This document shows, piece by piece, positions 36,589-37,097 of a stretch of 37,097 bases of DNA. Each line of letters opens with the position of its first letter. Position 1 is the stretch's first letter. A model generated the notes under the pieces. That model ran no database searches. It was given only the letters and a program-made list of their open reading frames with translations, and was not told where the DNA came from. The DNA is from a candidate division BRC1 bacterium ADurb.BinA292. Its GTDB lineage: Bacteria; Sumerlaeota; Sumerlaeia; MVZB01. Position numbers and translations under genes: made by a program. The DNA is taken from the NCBI GenBank assembly GCA_002068205.1, contig MVZB01000002.1, positions 1 through 37,097 of the forward strand. The letters run 5' to 3'.

Positions 36589-37097
36589 ATGTCTTACCGT
36601 CGTTGCATCGCCTCAGCTCGCGTGGCCGCGTGGGCCCTTGCGGCCCTGCTGCTCGGTTGCGGCGCAACCGCGTCGCGCCAGGCCGAGGGCGGCCCGGTCC
36701 AGATCGAATACTGGGAGAAGTGGACCGGCCATGAGGGCGAGGCGATGCGCGAAATCGTGGACGATTTCAACGCCTCGCAGAACGAAATCCACGTTAATCT
36801 GATCACCGTCAGCCAGATCGAGCGCAAGATCATGCTCGCGATCATGGGGGGCCATCCGCCCGATGTCGCCGGCCTCTGGACGCACTGGCTGCATATCCTT
36901 TGCGAACGCAATGCGCTGCACCCGCTCGACCGGCTGATTGCGGAAGCCGGCCTCTCGCTGGACGACTACCTGCCGGTCTTCAAGGTCTTGCTGTCGGATC
37001 GCGGCTTTATCTTTGCCCTGCCGACCTCGGGCACTTCCGTCGCGCTCTACCGTAACCGCCAGCTCTTCCGCGAGGCGGGGCTCCACCGCACGGCGGG
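36589..37097 (+). CDS. ABC transporter extracellular solute-binding lipoprotein (family 1, sugar-type), 5' partial; runs off the window end
   Basis: Not in the ORF track because no stop falls inside the window. My frame-1 translation from ATG 36589 is MSYRRCIASARVAAWALAALLLGCGATASRQ (lipobox LLLGC), then VQIEYWEKWTGHEGEAMREIVDDFNASQNEIHVNLITVSQ..., which is typical of SBP N-termini. Confidence 0.72.
   Translation, partial: MSYRRCIASARVAAWALAALLLGCGATASRQAEGGPVQIEYWEKWTGHEGEAMREIVDDFNASQNEIHVNLITVSQIERKIMLAIMGGHPPDVAGLWTHWLHILCERNALHPLDRLIAEAGLSLDDYLPVFKVLLSDRGFIFALPTSGTSVALYRNRQLFREAGLHRTA

Overview
This is a high-GC (roughly two-thirds G+C), gene-dense bacterial chromosomal segment. It holds about 38 supportable protein-coding genes. 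I cannot support any rRNA, tRNA, CRISPR array, transposase, integrase or phage gene. The taxon cannot be established from this window alone.

Most content is housekeeping. Plus strand and mixed: eda, mgtC, a class I flavoprotein disulfide reductase, a DapF-family gene plus a CofE-like gene, ruvB, an SDR39U1-type epimerase, an acyl-CoA desaturase homologue, B12-dependent ribonucleotide reductase nrdJ, a secreted LamG/FN3/GH-A hydrolase, a complete overlapping mrpABCDEFG cation/proton antiporter operon, a DtxR-family regulator, dus, a VOC protein and fdhA. A minus-strand string follows: groES-like, miaA, hfq, nrnA, an amidohydrolase and a small ORF. The window ends with rarA and the 5' end of an ABC solute-binding lipoprotein gene.

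I do not see a recognisable defence or mobile island. The candidates below are anomalies in an otherwise core-looking region, not a demonstrated new system.

1. A compact c-di-GMP module at 5437-8624: a REC-PilZ gene divergent from a Zn-ribbon/degenerate-PilZ ORF, an HD-GYP ORF and a PilZ ORF. Its three plus-strand ORFs are separated only by a -1 frame break and a single in-frame TAG.
2. A DapF-family protein in which both catalytic cysteines are serine, followed 25 bp later by a CofE-like ligase.
3. A tandem NrdR-box pair and near-consensus promoter lying about 700 nt upstream of nrdJ, which leaves a long GC-rich untranslated leader.
4. A desaturase homologue that lacks the first histidine box.
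5. Several short intergenic repeat families: a 13-mer seen four times, GGATCG-type hexamer arrays, and a 9-bp periodic array.

The many long antisense ORFs in the track are GC-composition artefacts. All hairpin and motif coordinates were counted by hand and may be off by a base or two.
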